From: Octopus vulgaris
Taxonomy: Eukaryota
Direction: 5' to 3'
Assembly (NCBI GenBank): GCA_951406725.2
Contig: OX597825.1
Location: 3,534,001-3,598,000, forward strand
Length of the DNA: 64,000 nt
Shown here one piece after another: positions 11,850 through 25,478 of the stretch. Within the stretch, counting starts at the first letter, position 1, and every line of letters begins with the position of its first letter. A model generated the notes under the pieces. It made no database searches and was not told where the DNA came from. It saw only the letters and a list, made by a program, of their open reading frames with translations. The position numbers and the translations under genes are program-made.

Positions 11850-12924
11850 TATCCGAAAACGAACACAGAGTCAGTCAGTACAACATAAATTTTAATAATG
11901 TGCTATTACCATTAAAAAAATGATAATAATAAAGTGGCTAGCAAATTTAGCTTTTATGTTATTTTATTTTATGTTAATAATGTTAATAATGCTTAATTCA
12001 ATGTTATATTATACTGACACACTTTATGTTCGTTTTTGAACGTCGCGGGGGCATTCAGACGAACCAACGCTCATGGTGCAATATGATGAATATTTAGAAA
12101 GATAGGTGAATACAGTATGTTTGATGAAAATCCTTATGTACTCACGTACAAAATAGGTAAGCAATTGATAGAAATTGTGTGTGTGCGTGTGTGTATAATA
12201 TAAGTATAATAAATACACACATCCACACAGACGTGTGTATATGTGTATATGCGTATGTGTGTGCGCGTGTGTGCGCGTGTGTACGTGTGTTAGTATTTGT
12301 TTGTATAAACCGGAATAAAAACAGGGATAAAGATAAAGACGTCGACATTGATTGATATTATATTTCTTATACTACACCGTGTGTCTCAAATAAAATAGTC
12401 ATTTCAAAGTTATTAAATGCAGCCATGCCCTATTATGCTGTAGGAAACATAACAACTTCAGATACTAATTCGAACAATGACTAGGTCAGTGGTGAGATGC
12501 ACCAGTGGAGGGATCTTTCGAATGGAATTGCAAACAGAAAATACAGCTATATTAACTGAAGGCCAATAGTTCAACGATAAATTGATGCACTGCATTGCTT
12601 CAGCACGAGTCTATTATTTGACCCATGAAGAATGTCACAGCAATATTTCTAACAGTTTTTCGGAAGGAAGATTTCCAATAATATATAGGAAGCTGATGGT
12701 GATGCATTCATGAAAATCATACTTAATTTCGTATATATTAATACTGATATGTTAACGGAACAATATCGATAGCAGAAAATTACGCCAAGTCAGACTAAAG
12801 AGCGCCAAGAATTGAGAACACTTATAGTCATAGAAATTAATAATGCTGTATAATGGAAGAAACTCAAGATACGAAAATAACGTGTGTGGGTTTTACTACG
12901 TTTCTCTTTCCACGCTAGTCAGTT

Positions 12925-12974
<50 letters not shown>

Positions 12975-13079
12975 GCACACGCGCACACACACATGCATAC
13001 ACGTACACACATGTACCCACGCGCATACAAACACGCATAGACACACTTGCACACGCACACGCACACAAACATTTATATT

Positions 13080-14000
13080 TTAGTTCGGCTGAAAAGTTCG
13101 AAGATGCCCCACGACACTTGCAAAGAATGTAAACCAATGTGGTTTATTTTTCAGCTCATTTTCCGATGGTGAATATCCGTTCATCCTGTTGTCGAAAAAG
13201 TCTAATCAACATCAGACACCATGTCCTCATATCAACAACACTGCTTCCCAGCCAAGTGTTCTTTGGTGTGTTTTTGTTATTCTTGTTGGAGAATAAATGA
13301 TGGTGACGTATGAGCAAATCAGGAGAATAGTAGTTTGATCAAACAGGGCAAGGACAAAGTCAGGCACAACAACCGTTGAAACCTAGGAAACTATGCTGGA
13401 GTCCTGTCCTGATGAAACATGACAGATTTCGTCAGTTTTCCTGGGTGGGTGGCCTTACAGATTTGCATACCTGCCTCAGCGCGTTGGCATAATACTCCGC
13501 ATTGAAGGTGTGAGCCTTTTGAAAATAAACATAAAGAGAAACTTAGGCCATCAACTTCCCTACACATGAAACCACCTTAGCTTTCTTTAGAGTAGGCGAG
13601 GAGTGGAGTGTCCACTGCATGGATTGTCTCCTCTTTGACCAGTTGTCAGTAGACGTGGCACTCACTGAGCACAACCCGTCATCATGCTATGCACATTTTG
13701 CAATTTATTTTCTACTCTCTCCTTGGTTATGCTAATAGCATTGGCGATTCCATTTGCTATCAGTCACTTTTCATCCATCTTCATATGACGAACACGATGA
13801 ATGTTAACATTGGGTCATCTTTAAAATCTGCATTCCTCTCAAAACTTCTGCCCCCACATTTGCATTGTTGATAAACCTGTAGCGTCATATCTTAATGCAG
13901 CCAACCTGTTAACATGAACGTCTTGTGATGCTACACACTTTTTTCTGCAGGTACATAATGAAAAATATGTAAATAGCCATATTTTGCCCATTTCCAAGAG
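13080..14000 (-). mobile_element. Decayed mariner (DD34D) transposon
   Basis: Minus-strand fragments YLQKK..SQDVH, AHTFNAEYYANALRQ, KLTKSVMFHQDRTPA, YSPDL and FRQQDE; TIR-like GGCTGAAAAGTTC at 13087. Confidence 0.75.
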
Positions 14001-14214
14001 AAATTGATACTAGTTATATCTGAATCTTTGAACAATCACATGCCAGTTTACTTAAAAAGAAACAAATCAGACGTTAAGTGGAGGAATTGAAATTTATGGA
14101 TTCATGATTTCAAAGTTCTAGCATCATTCTTTTACAATCAACCTATGGACATTTCACTCGACCCTCTCATGCACATGCAGGCTTGCACACACACGCACAC
14201 ACACAAAAATATAT

Positions 14215-14227
14215 ATATCTATATCTA

Positions 14228-14298
<71 letters not shown>

Positions 14299-14502
14299 AT
14301 ATCTATCTATTTATCTATCTATCTCTCTCACTATATATATATATATATATATATACGTATATCTCACTCTCCATCCCTTTCCTATGTATCTTCAATCTAT
14401 ATGTTTGTCTGTCTCTCTCTTTCTCTCTCTCTCTCTCTCCATATATATATATATATATATATACAGACATAGATATACATGTATGTATGTATATATATAT
14501 AC

Positions 14503-14584
<82 letters not shown>

Positions 14585-14585
14585 A
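14215..14585. repeat. Compound (TCTA)n/(TA)n/(CT)n microsatellite
   Basis: Directly visible. Confidence 0.95.
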
Positions 14586-15009
14586 GGTGTATGTGTGCTA
14601 GTAATTCACACGTTTTGTATAGTTTATTACTTTATGTCCAAATCCTTTCTTAGTCAATAAAGATGGATCTATATTGCTTCAGTTGTAAATATCTTCCAGA
14701 CACTCTTCTATACGAAGATATTTCTCAGTTGTAGTTGCAACTGCAGAGTATATTAATTTGTAAAGCCAGCAAAATATACAATCTCCCAAAACTTGTAAGA
14801 CACGCGTAGGCATTCACCCAGCACAGTGCAAACATTGCACAATATGTTCCTCTCCGCATATTTATAGACACACACACACACACACACAGATAAGCAACAC
14901 CTGCTGATAAACACACACATACACACACACATATATGTATATACATGCATATATGTAGATACACATTATATCTATATATACATATATGCATGTATATATA
15001 ATTATATAA

Positions 15010-15057
<48 letters not shown>

Positions 15058-15170
15058 GCACATGCTTTAATACATAAACATGTATCTGTGAATATATGCC
15101 AAGAAATATAAGTCTACATATTATTAATGCTTTCAAATTTACAACTTCTCACTGTGAGTTCTGTTACTTT

Positions 15171-15201
<31 letters not shown>

Positions 15202-15227
15202 TATATGTAGATCTACGTTTTATCTAA

Positions 15228-15286
<59 letters not shown>

Positions 15287-16475
15287 TTGCTGCTGACGTA
15301 TATCACCAGGATTTTTGTTTTCAATTTCCATGACGAATGTATAAGTTATCGTACTCAACAGAGAAATATAAATCTCTACACACGAGGGCAATATTGTCAT
15401 TGATGCTGCCAGAAACTCACAGGAGGTATATGGTCACATTCTATTTTACGCATACGCGATACTTACGAGAACTACAAATATGCGTAATCCATAACCGCTG
15501 ATTTCCTTATGTTTCAATCTCAACGAAGATTTCAAATATTAATTGCCTTTCCCCGGCGCATAGATGGACTGATGTACCCCAGGATATTTTGAGTCCATTG
15601 TAACCAGGAACGTAAGGTTTCGCGTGTCATACGTGTACCCTATTCAATATACTGCTTGATATAGCTGATCATAAACTGCGCACTAGCATAGAGTACTCTC
15701 AGAATCATTGTAAATATTTCTTTACAGAGATTCTTCCACGTGCTCCAGAGTTTGCTTTTCTTCTTTTCTAATCCGGAAGTACATTACTTAAAATATGTGA
15801 AATACTCTTCTTTTTCCATTTATACAAATGTGATTCAATACATCTATTTTACATACACATAACCTCATCTCAGTACTTTCCGTTGACTCTAAGTAGCAAC
15901 TGCTTCTGGAGCTATTTATTTTGAACGCCCCATAAACTATAACGCTATTGTTATATCTAAAGGATTCGATTATTTTTTTCTGTTATATTGACGAGGTAAA
16001 TCTAATTATCTCTTAATTAAATCCATATTTAGCAACTGCATAATCATGTGACTCGTAGATCGTATCGAGCATAAATATAGTTTCGTATTATATACATGCA
16101 AATTTAAAGCGAATATATGTATACAATTACATTACCCGTAAAGTAAGGAAAATCTTTAGAAGTATATATTTGACACCATGTTTAATATATAAAAAAAAGA
16201 GAGATCTGACAGATATGCATCTTATAAACTTCTTGAATACTTCGTTGTCGTGTTTTACACGGCAGCTTTCAATTTCACCAGAAATACCTTGTCATGCAAT
16301 ATTAGATATTGAATACTCTATCACCGTATACTTCATCAGAAATGAATACGTATAATTGTTTCACTCTGCGTTAATTTTTTTTTATGAATAGCACTGTTCG
16401 CCTTTCGCCTACCACTGAAATTATGGAAAATTCAATTTTAAACATAAACTTTCTTGATACAAACCAGAAGCATGG

Positions 16476-16539
<64 letters not shown>

Positions 16540-17439
16540 GTGTGTGTGCGTGTGTGTGCCTGTGCCTGTGCGTGTCTCTGTGCCTGTATGCAGGTGTTCT
16601 CACGCGTGTGTGTATGTGCTAATCATACGATAGTACCTGCCTATTGAAATACTTGTTCATGATTGGGTTTCTATCTGGCAGGACATGTTGGTCGTTTTCT
16701 TTTACATATCTTTTCAAACGTTGAAGTAATATTAGATGCTGAATGTATTTATTAAATAAAAACAAAATATATCGCTTCATCGCTAAACTCAGATTTTTTA
16801 AGATAACCATATGTGGGTGTCAAGTTTATAGCATGCTACTAGATATCTTATGTTCTTACAAATTACATCAGATTTTTGAAATGTGGAATGAGTGGAAGGA
16901 AACAAAAGCGTGTCGATTCAAGCTAGCATCCCGATGCCATTCTCATTATATTCGTTATGTTCTTATTTAGTGAGTTTCTTATGCGTTTATGTATACGAAG
17001 ACTTAACTAACACGTGTTTTGAGAAATGCTCTTTTGGATACTGCTCTTTCCAACTGTCGAGAATACACGATTTTACACTATTTATGAATCTTCGCTATAA
17101 ATGTGTATATTATATTCCTATGACTTTTAAATATATGGCTGAGTTGCTACAGTCCTCCTCATTCGTGTATGTCATATTTGAACGTGTAAATATGTTACGA
17201 GAATTCAGTTTTAATGGTTTCATATTTTCCTCAACGTCAAAGATTTTCCGAGAATTATACGTGCGAAGTTGTTGACATATTCGACAAAATACCCCTACAA
17301 TTTTAAAAATGTGCACATTTACATTTAACCATATCGGGATCAATAAGTAAATTTTCTCTAGTTGTGTTGATTAAATTTATTTTAAGTTTACTATTTTTAA
17401 ATGTTTTAGTGTTGACGAGAACCTTTAGAATTCATACAT

Positions 17440-18105
17440 AAATTCAAATGGACCTCAGTTCAATCGCTCTTGAAACCATAACCGTCCCATCACATAACAC
17501 TTTGTAAAATATGCATTTGCAGTACATGGACAGGTGATTGTCCCAAAATAAGCAATAAGAGAAGCGGTAAAACTTTAGAGAAACAAGGTCCCTCGGAGAA
17601 TATGGATTATGAAATGTTTCCGTGAAAAACATCATACATGTGATGAGCAACTGCCCACAAATAACATGAAAACGTACATCCCTATGCAATTTCAATTCGT
17701 TGCTAAAGCGACATAGCATCTAATCCGAAAATTAACTTTTCGTTAATAAATATAGAAAGAATTACAATCAAAATTTCTACCAAACGCAAACACATAATGC
17801 TGCGCGGAGCTGCAAAGGAAATATATGTACAGAGGTTAGCTGTCCTGCTGATGTGAATGTGAAATATAAACTCAAGAGAAATGAAAATAACCACGGAAAG
17901 TTGCTTTCGAAACTCCAGCTTCTCTAAGTAATTTATGAAGTCATGTTTACACCAAAATTAACTAGAGCGCATGACTTTGTGATTAAATATTGAGAACCTA
18001 GTTAAACTAGCGTTTAAAAAATTCCAAAACAAAAACCAAAAAAAATGAACATTACAAATACCATCTGTAAAGTGCAACAGTAAAATCATGCAACATATAA
18101 TGTAA
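17440..18105 (+). mobile_element. Decayed R4-like non-LTR retrotransposon 3' region (CCHC finger and restriction-like endonuclease)
   Basis: Fragments HFVKYAFAVHGQVI, NVSVKNIIHVMSNCPQIT, YIPMQFQFVAKA and EVSCPADVNVKYKLKRNENNHGKLLSKLQLL match the EGYxxAIQEQ, HIISSCP, RHDxVAK and SCPADxN...KE..Y motifs in order. Confidence 0.6.
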
Positions 18106-19034
18106 ACATTTATGTTGTTATCTAGATGGAGCTTGGCACTCTACTTAAAAATCAGATCCTTCAATTGAAGCAAATTCCAAAATGTTAAAAATAGAAGTGA
18201 GCATTCCCACTTTCCATTTTCCCTAACATAATTTCGTGAATATGTGAGCGTTTATTTATTTTTCATCGTCTTTTTATACTTCCAATCTTACCACATGCAT
18301 ATCTGTTTTTTTTTCCTTATTTCTTTATAATTTTAGGTTCTTACATCTGGCTATTTGTTTGTATATATTTCGGATTTACATATAACCTCCATATGTTCTA
18401 GAAGCTCTTATAAATGAAACTAAAAATTACTATATAGGATGTCTTATACTAACTTAAATGCAAATGGCGTATAGAAATGTTTATCTCGCGAAGTGACTGT
18501 AATGAAAGTTTCAATGAAAACGATCCAAACATTTTTTTGGCAGGGTCTTGTTTTCACCCATTTATTGATGACTAATTGAAATAGTATACGATATTAGAAT
18601 AACTTCTTTTAATAGTGTTAATATTCTTCGTAGACTGTTTACTTAAAGATTTTTCTAAATTGTCAATAACTTTCTAACTGTTTGTTTATCTGCGAAAAAC
18701 GACAATTTTTAATGTTATGTTTAAGAAAACATAGTTGACTAACAATAATGCACATACGAACAACCACCTACACGCTTTCACGCAAATATATGACCAATTC
18801 TCTGCTTTTAAGCAACACCACATGCAACCAACAAGCGACACGCATGCACGACAAACATTATTATATATTTCACTCTGTATAAGTATGTGTATGTATGTGT
18901 ATGCGTGTACATAAATATAAGTAGAATTATCTATGTATACACATGCACACAAGCGCACACACACACAAGCGCGCATACACACATACATGCATATACATAT
19001 ACATACGAACACACACACACACACACACACACAT

Positions 19035-19068
<34 letters not shown>

Positions 19069-19490
19069 GACAGAGAGTAATAGATAGATAGATAGACAGA
19101 TACATATGTAGGTCCCAGTTCGTGCTTTGTCTATGTTCGTAACTGTGTGATTGACCTGAGGCAGTAACACGAGTTGAAACAGCTGGTAATCATGTTACAT
19201 ACTTCGAAAATATCCTTTCAAGTAATCGCATGATTTCAGTTTTCTGAATGCTGACGACAAAATAGTCAAAAATGCTGTAGATAACATGTTTTATATTTGC
19301 TTGCTTTTTTACTATACGCGTATATTTATTTTTGCACAGTAAATCATCTGGCGCCAGCTTCCGGAAATATGGCAGAAAAAATGACAAATACTAAAACAGA
19401 TAACTGTAACAAGAAGAATTCACAAACAATATAGTACCTCCTACGAAAAAGAATACTTTCTATAAGTGCAACCGCATATATTTATACGTC

Positions 19491-19585
<95 letters not shown>

Positions 19586-19635
19586 CAACAACAACAATAA
19601 TAATAATAACAACAACAACAACAATAATAATAATA
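19491..19635. repeat. (AAT)n/(AAC)n microsatellite
   Basis: Directly visible. Confidence 0.95.
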
Positions 19636-20165
19636 TTCCCGTTGCGAAAGTAAGATAAGGTCTCCGATGGAGTATTATGGAGATATGATACTGCAGAGGA
19701 AATATGCCACACGTCGAAGAATGAATTTGAAAGATAAGAGTGATATACCACAGTTGTCCATTGGGAATTATGTGGAATTTAAGACTTGAAATTTAGGAAT
19801 GAAGTATAATTCACTGGAAAATCAATAACTCTAATCGTTTTCATAAAGGCAATATTTGTGTAAGAATTAGTGATGTTGCGTTAGTTTTTGACATTCGCTA
19901 TGTGATTCGTTGGCATTTAGACGTTTCATGAGACTTACAAGCATTTCATTCTTTTCACTGCCATAGCAATATTAAACATGCCCCATCAAGCTACAACTTT
20001 CATTGTTACACGGGAAATACTTGCACGTGATTCTCAATTTAATTAATGTATATCAAAACAGGTTCTCAACGGTTTTGAATCGATGTAACCAAAATCATGT
20101 GTAGCTTAATTTTTCAATATATTCCATAAATTTTTCAGAATTTTGTCAGATTTTCGACAACAAAT

Positions 20166-20552
20166 GATGGAAGCACTCCGTCGGTTACGACGATGAGGGT
20201 TCCGGTTGATCCGAATCAACGGAACAGCCTGCTCGTGAAGTTAACGTGTAAGTGGCTGAGCACTCCACAGACACGTGTACCCTTAACGTAGTTCTCGGAG
20301 ATATTCAGCGTGACACAGAGAGTGACAAGGCCGGCCCTTTGAAATACAGGTACAACAGAAACAGGAAGTAAGAGTGAGAGAAAGTTGTGGTGAAAGAGTA
20401 CAGCAGGGCTCACCACCATCCCCTGCCGGAGCCTCGTGGAGCTTTAGGTGTTTTCGCTCAATAAACACTCACAACGTCCGGTCTGGGTATCGAAACCGCG
20501 ATCCTATGACCGCGAGTCCGCTGCCCTAACCACTGGGCCATTGCGCCTCCAC
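20166..20552 (-). mobile_element. Full-length tRNA-derived SINE (octopus OK-like) with 11-bp TSD
   Basis: Head GGAGGCGCAATGGCCCAGTGGTTAGGGCAGCGGACTCGCGGTCATAGGATCGCGGTTTCGATACCC has A and B boxes; TSD CGACAACAAAT at 20155-20165 and 20553-20563. Confidence 0.88.
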
Positions 20553-20841
20553 CGACAACAAATATAACACAGGCGAACAATCGGGACTTTAGTGTAATTT
20601 ATAGTCTTCCCAACGTAAACATCTACATTTCCACTTAGAAATCTATGATCATACACCGTATTAAATCTAAAAGCTATCTCCGTTCCATCCAATACATTTA
20701 CATTTGGTCTCTCTTCATTAGTCACCCACGCAAATATCTCACACTCTACCATACACACAGACTCACACATACACAAACAGAACGAGAAAAATGAGGGTGA
20801 GAGATACAAACTCACGGTAATATAATAACAGAAATCTGCTG

Positions 20842-21015
20842 TATGAAGAGGTGTATAAAAGCTCCTGGATTTAAAGGTATCGCGAAAGACCTGGTTGGTG
20901 GCCTAAATTTCTGCGTAATTTTACAGGGTTTAGAAAACCTGAAGTACCCCTGCAATAGGTGCGTGAATCGCAGAGGGGAATATGTTGAATCAAATCAGAA
21001 TTAATTGATCCGCTT
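20842..21015 (+). mobile_element. Mariner-derived MITE remnant
   Basis: TIR-like TATGAAGAGGTGTATAAAAGCTCCTGG joined directly to the transposase C-terminus (GLENLKYPCNRCVNRRGEYVE). Confidence 0.55.
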
Positions 21016-22318
21016 ATATGGGAAAATGTTGCTATTTCTATCAATTGATGTTCAACACAGTCTTCCTTGTGATGTTCATTAGAATAATCTAGTATTCATA
21101 TTCAATCTTCTGTGGCCAACAATTAATTGCTGATTTAAGAACAAATGGAGATATTCGAGGTTACAAGATTAGTCAATGTCCTTTCCATCGGTATTTCTCT
21201 CATATCCTGTTTTATAGGCAGGAGATAAACGAAAAAAAACACAATGTTGACCGAATCAGGATTTTAAATCAGAACGAGCACAGCCAAAAGTGATCTTGCG
21301 AGGCTACTTTTTTAACATCCTCTTGTATATTTCGAGAAATTTAATATCGGAAAAAATGTATTTGAAATGGTTTTGACGAAAATAATTTGGCAGAAATCTC
21401 TGATGTTGCGATGTGAGGAGCCACTCTGCGCTACATGTAAACCAAAACTTTCAACAGATTACCAAGGATATGTGCGAGCAAGCAGAACAAACGCTATCCA
21501 TGTTGTCTAGTAAATATTCCTCAAATATCGTTACAAGTAAAGCGTCTAATGTTCAGAATAGTTTCAATTTTATTACACATCGTAGAGTTTAATTTTAATC
21601 TCAAAATTGATTCTATTAGCGGCATCTTTACTCGTTTCAGAAAACCCATACTCCTTATATCAATATAGGTGATATTTTTTAACATTCACCGAGGAAGCCG
21701 CTGGAATTTAGAACAAACTTTATATTTTATATTCACTGTTTATTGCAAAGAATTCATATCACATGAGACACTCCATCGTAGACGTTCTAACTTCGAAAAT
21801 CACATCAGTTTTTAAAGATATCTTTCCTTCTAGGTCACTTTACATAAATTCTCATTCAGACACTAATGTTTAACAAACACGCTACACACATTGTGTTTCC
21901 GGATAAATCCAGAAATACAAGTGCTAATATATCATTTCATTTATAAACAATTTATTTGTGATTTCATTAAAAATAAATTCGTTATTAAAAGTTGTCGTAT
22001 GGGGTGTGGCTCGAGGTCTAAATTTCGGCAGAAATACGTGTCTGATTACTTCAGTTTCAGGAAATACTTAAACCTAATGACAGCAAATATTTTTCTTCCA
22101 GGCATGTATTTTCTGCAATAAATTATCTATAAAGCTACGAATATTTTCCTAAGCAATAAGTGATCGCACAGCAAGTATATAGCTCAAGAGGATAGAATAC
22201 AACAAACTAAACAGATATTACCGAGAGCATAAACTAGAGTGAGTGATATTTAGATACTGTTGTCGATATACATGTGTATGTATCTGCACAGCGTGAACTG
22301 AAATCCCTATTAAAGGGA

Positions 22319-22389
<71 letters not shown>

Positions 22390-22490
22390 CAGATATATGT
22401 ACATGCATGTATATAAATATACAAACATATATTACATATATATATATATACATATATATATATTCATATATGCATACATATATAGATATG

Positions 22491-22537
<47 letters not shown>

Positions 22538-23059
22538 TTGTGTATGTGTGTGTGTGTGTGTTGCTATAAGTATGTACGATCATATGCATGCCTTTTCCAC
22601 TGTACACACTCATTTTACATACCGTCCAACACAGGTGTGCGTGTATGTATAATGTGTATCTACCCACTATCCTCTCTCGGTCCGCGTAGAGCGAATAGAA
22701 GCATATGCTAGGTATGAGCAAATGAAATAATAACTAAAATAAATAGAACAGGAAATTACTTTCCATACATACGGCAGCTACGAAAAAGATCTCTCCGTAA
22801 GTAAGTGATCCATACGGAGAATATTAAAAAGACTGAACTCATGTTCGTGAACCCAGGACTAAATTGCAATGGCTGGAAACTTATAGGTTAGGGTCAATAT
22901 CATAAAATATTATTTTTTCCTTTTCTCCTTTCAATCGCATTGTGTCACTCCTCTTCTTTCTCATCTCTCAACGCTTCACCTTCATTTCGATATAGATACC
23001 TGCAAATACATATATCAGTGTCTATATTTGTATGTATGTATTTATCTATCAATATGTGT

Positions 23060-23108
<49 letters not shown>

Positions 23109-23283
23109 CATACACACACATACATGCATATACATATATAACCACGCACAAACGCACACTCACATATATATACACAAGTATATATATTTTGTATATATGT
23201 ATATATACTCATATATATATATATATCTCTCTCCTCTCTCTTTCCCGCTCTCTCTCTCTCTTTCTGTATATATATATATATAT

Positions 23284-23469
<186 letters not shown>

Positions 23470-25433
23470 CGATATTGCCATGTTCACTTCATTGCTCGCT
23501 TTATTGTCATTCTATCCCCAGAGTGCTCCAGCGCTCTATTAACTTGTAGTTCATTTCAACATTATTCTCTGCATGATATGATTTGTCCATGATTGAATGA
23601 CTGTGTTACGCTAGATATTATTCATCTACTGTTACATAGAGGAAATGAGGGACTATATTGCTTCAGCACAAAGGGTCAAAGGAAATAATGAAAATCGCCA
23701 CAAGTTTCGAGATATATGTTAACGAATTGAGCAACGAAAATGAACAGGGGAATTATACCCCCAGTTCACCTGTACCGCATAATATAACTTACACATCGTT
23801 CTTTTCTTTTATATTTCGCAACGTATGTTTTATGGAATTCTTATATTTATTATAGAATTCATTGATATAAACGTGAAACCTACTATAATCATGGAAATTA
23901 TAATAGTATTCCAATTCTTAATTACATTATGAAATCTTTTGGATTTTGTTACATCATTTCAAATTAGATTCTTCGCTGCTATTTAACATCAAGTTTATTC
24001 CTGATTCAGCAACCATACATCTAAATGATTTGGGCTTTGTAAATCTTATCTCTTTAAATATTTTGTACATAAGATGTTGTCTTGTGCCTTAGGTTAGATT
24101 GTGTAAGTCACTTTTAAGTATTATTTTTGTATGTAAAAATTAATATTCCTTCATGTCGCTTTTACGTTGATTCTATATATTCATACAAGGCACGCGTTTC
24201 TATTTAGTTTCATCGAAGATTATATCCATGCGTCTTCGAGAAGCGAATTAGGGGATAAAGTTTTGGAAAGTCCTATTATAATTATAATTTAGAAAGCCTC
24301 GGTTAATATAGTTAAAAATAGAGATTGCTGTAAAATAACTTATGTCTATATATTATACTTAGAGTGCCCCTAAAGAACTTTAGCGAATAGGATGATTATA
24401 AACTTAGCAGTTGAAGAGGCCACAAATATGTGAAGATGTATTTCCATTACGGTTAACACATGGTAATGTGTAAATAGATTCACACAAATCAAAAAGGGGG
24501 ATTTATTTAAATGTTAAAAAAAGAATGAAGATTATTGTGACATAGTTAAAACTAACTATAACATATCTACGATTTCTGAGACGATAAACATCGTCTGACT
24601 CAACGTATGTTTTATCTTAATAATCCTTACTTTAGAAGAATTTAAACAGTCCTAAAAGAATGCTTGCATCTCAGAGGGAATTGCTGACTGCGATTCAATA
24701 ACTATTTAATATCAGCAAGATATTAAATATAAATTTCTTCCATTATAAACCAAAATTGCCATAGTGTACGGTGGACCGTCTGATGATCGGGGTAGCACGT
24801 AATCGAATATCTATTAAATACTTGTGTTTGGGCTTGCTTTTCTGTATTTGAATATGTTTTTATGAGGCTCATGTGATTGCGTGTGAGTGTATATTTCTGG
24901 GAAATACTGAAACGGAATCGTAGCATGACCGTAGTTCAGTGACTGAACAATAGAGTAATAAAACCCCATAATAGGTTTCCATGAGAGGACAAAACTAAAA
25001 TGTGGGGTTAGTCTATGGAAACACCCATCTCTGTCATATTTCTTCGTATGGCATTGTATTGAAAATAGTCGGTGCATACAAAGTTACATACGCCCCTGAG
25101 CAGGGCCGACAGTAAAGCAAACTACTTTTCTTATTCCACCACATCATAGACAAACGCACGCATACATGCAGAAAAACTTATACACGTGTATAAATGTACG
25201 TATATATGAGTTTGTATGCATGTATGTATACATGTATGTATATATGTGTGTTATACACATACAAGTCATGTATACATTGAGAATATATGTGTATATATTC
25301 TTTTCTATACGTGCATATTTTGAAAACGGTACATTTTTTACATTCTCTTGAGACGGAAATACTATAACATACAGTATGCTGCACAATAATCACTCTATCC
25401 AATTCATGAATATGCATTCTTTCATCTATTTTG

Positions 25434-25478
<45 letters not shown>

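Noticed and set aside
20480-20552. tRNA-like sequence
   Set aside because: It is the head of a TSD-flanked SINE and cannot form a proper acceptor stem.
22792-22820. 8-bp inverted repeat TCTCCGTA...TACGGAGA
   Set aside because: Short isolated hairpin expected by chance; no associated motif.
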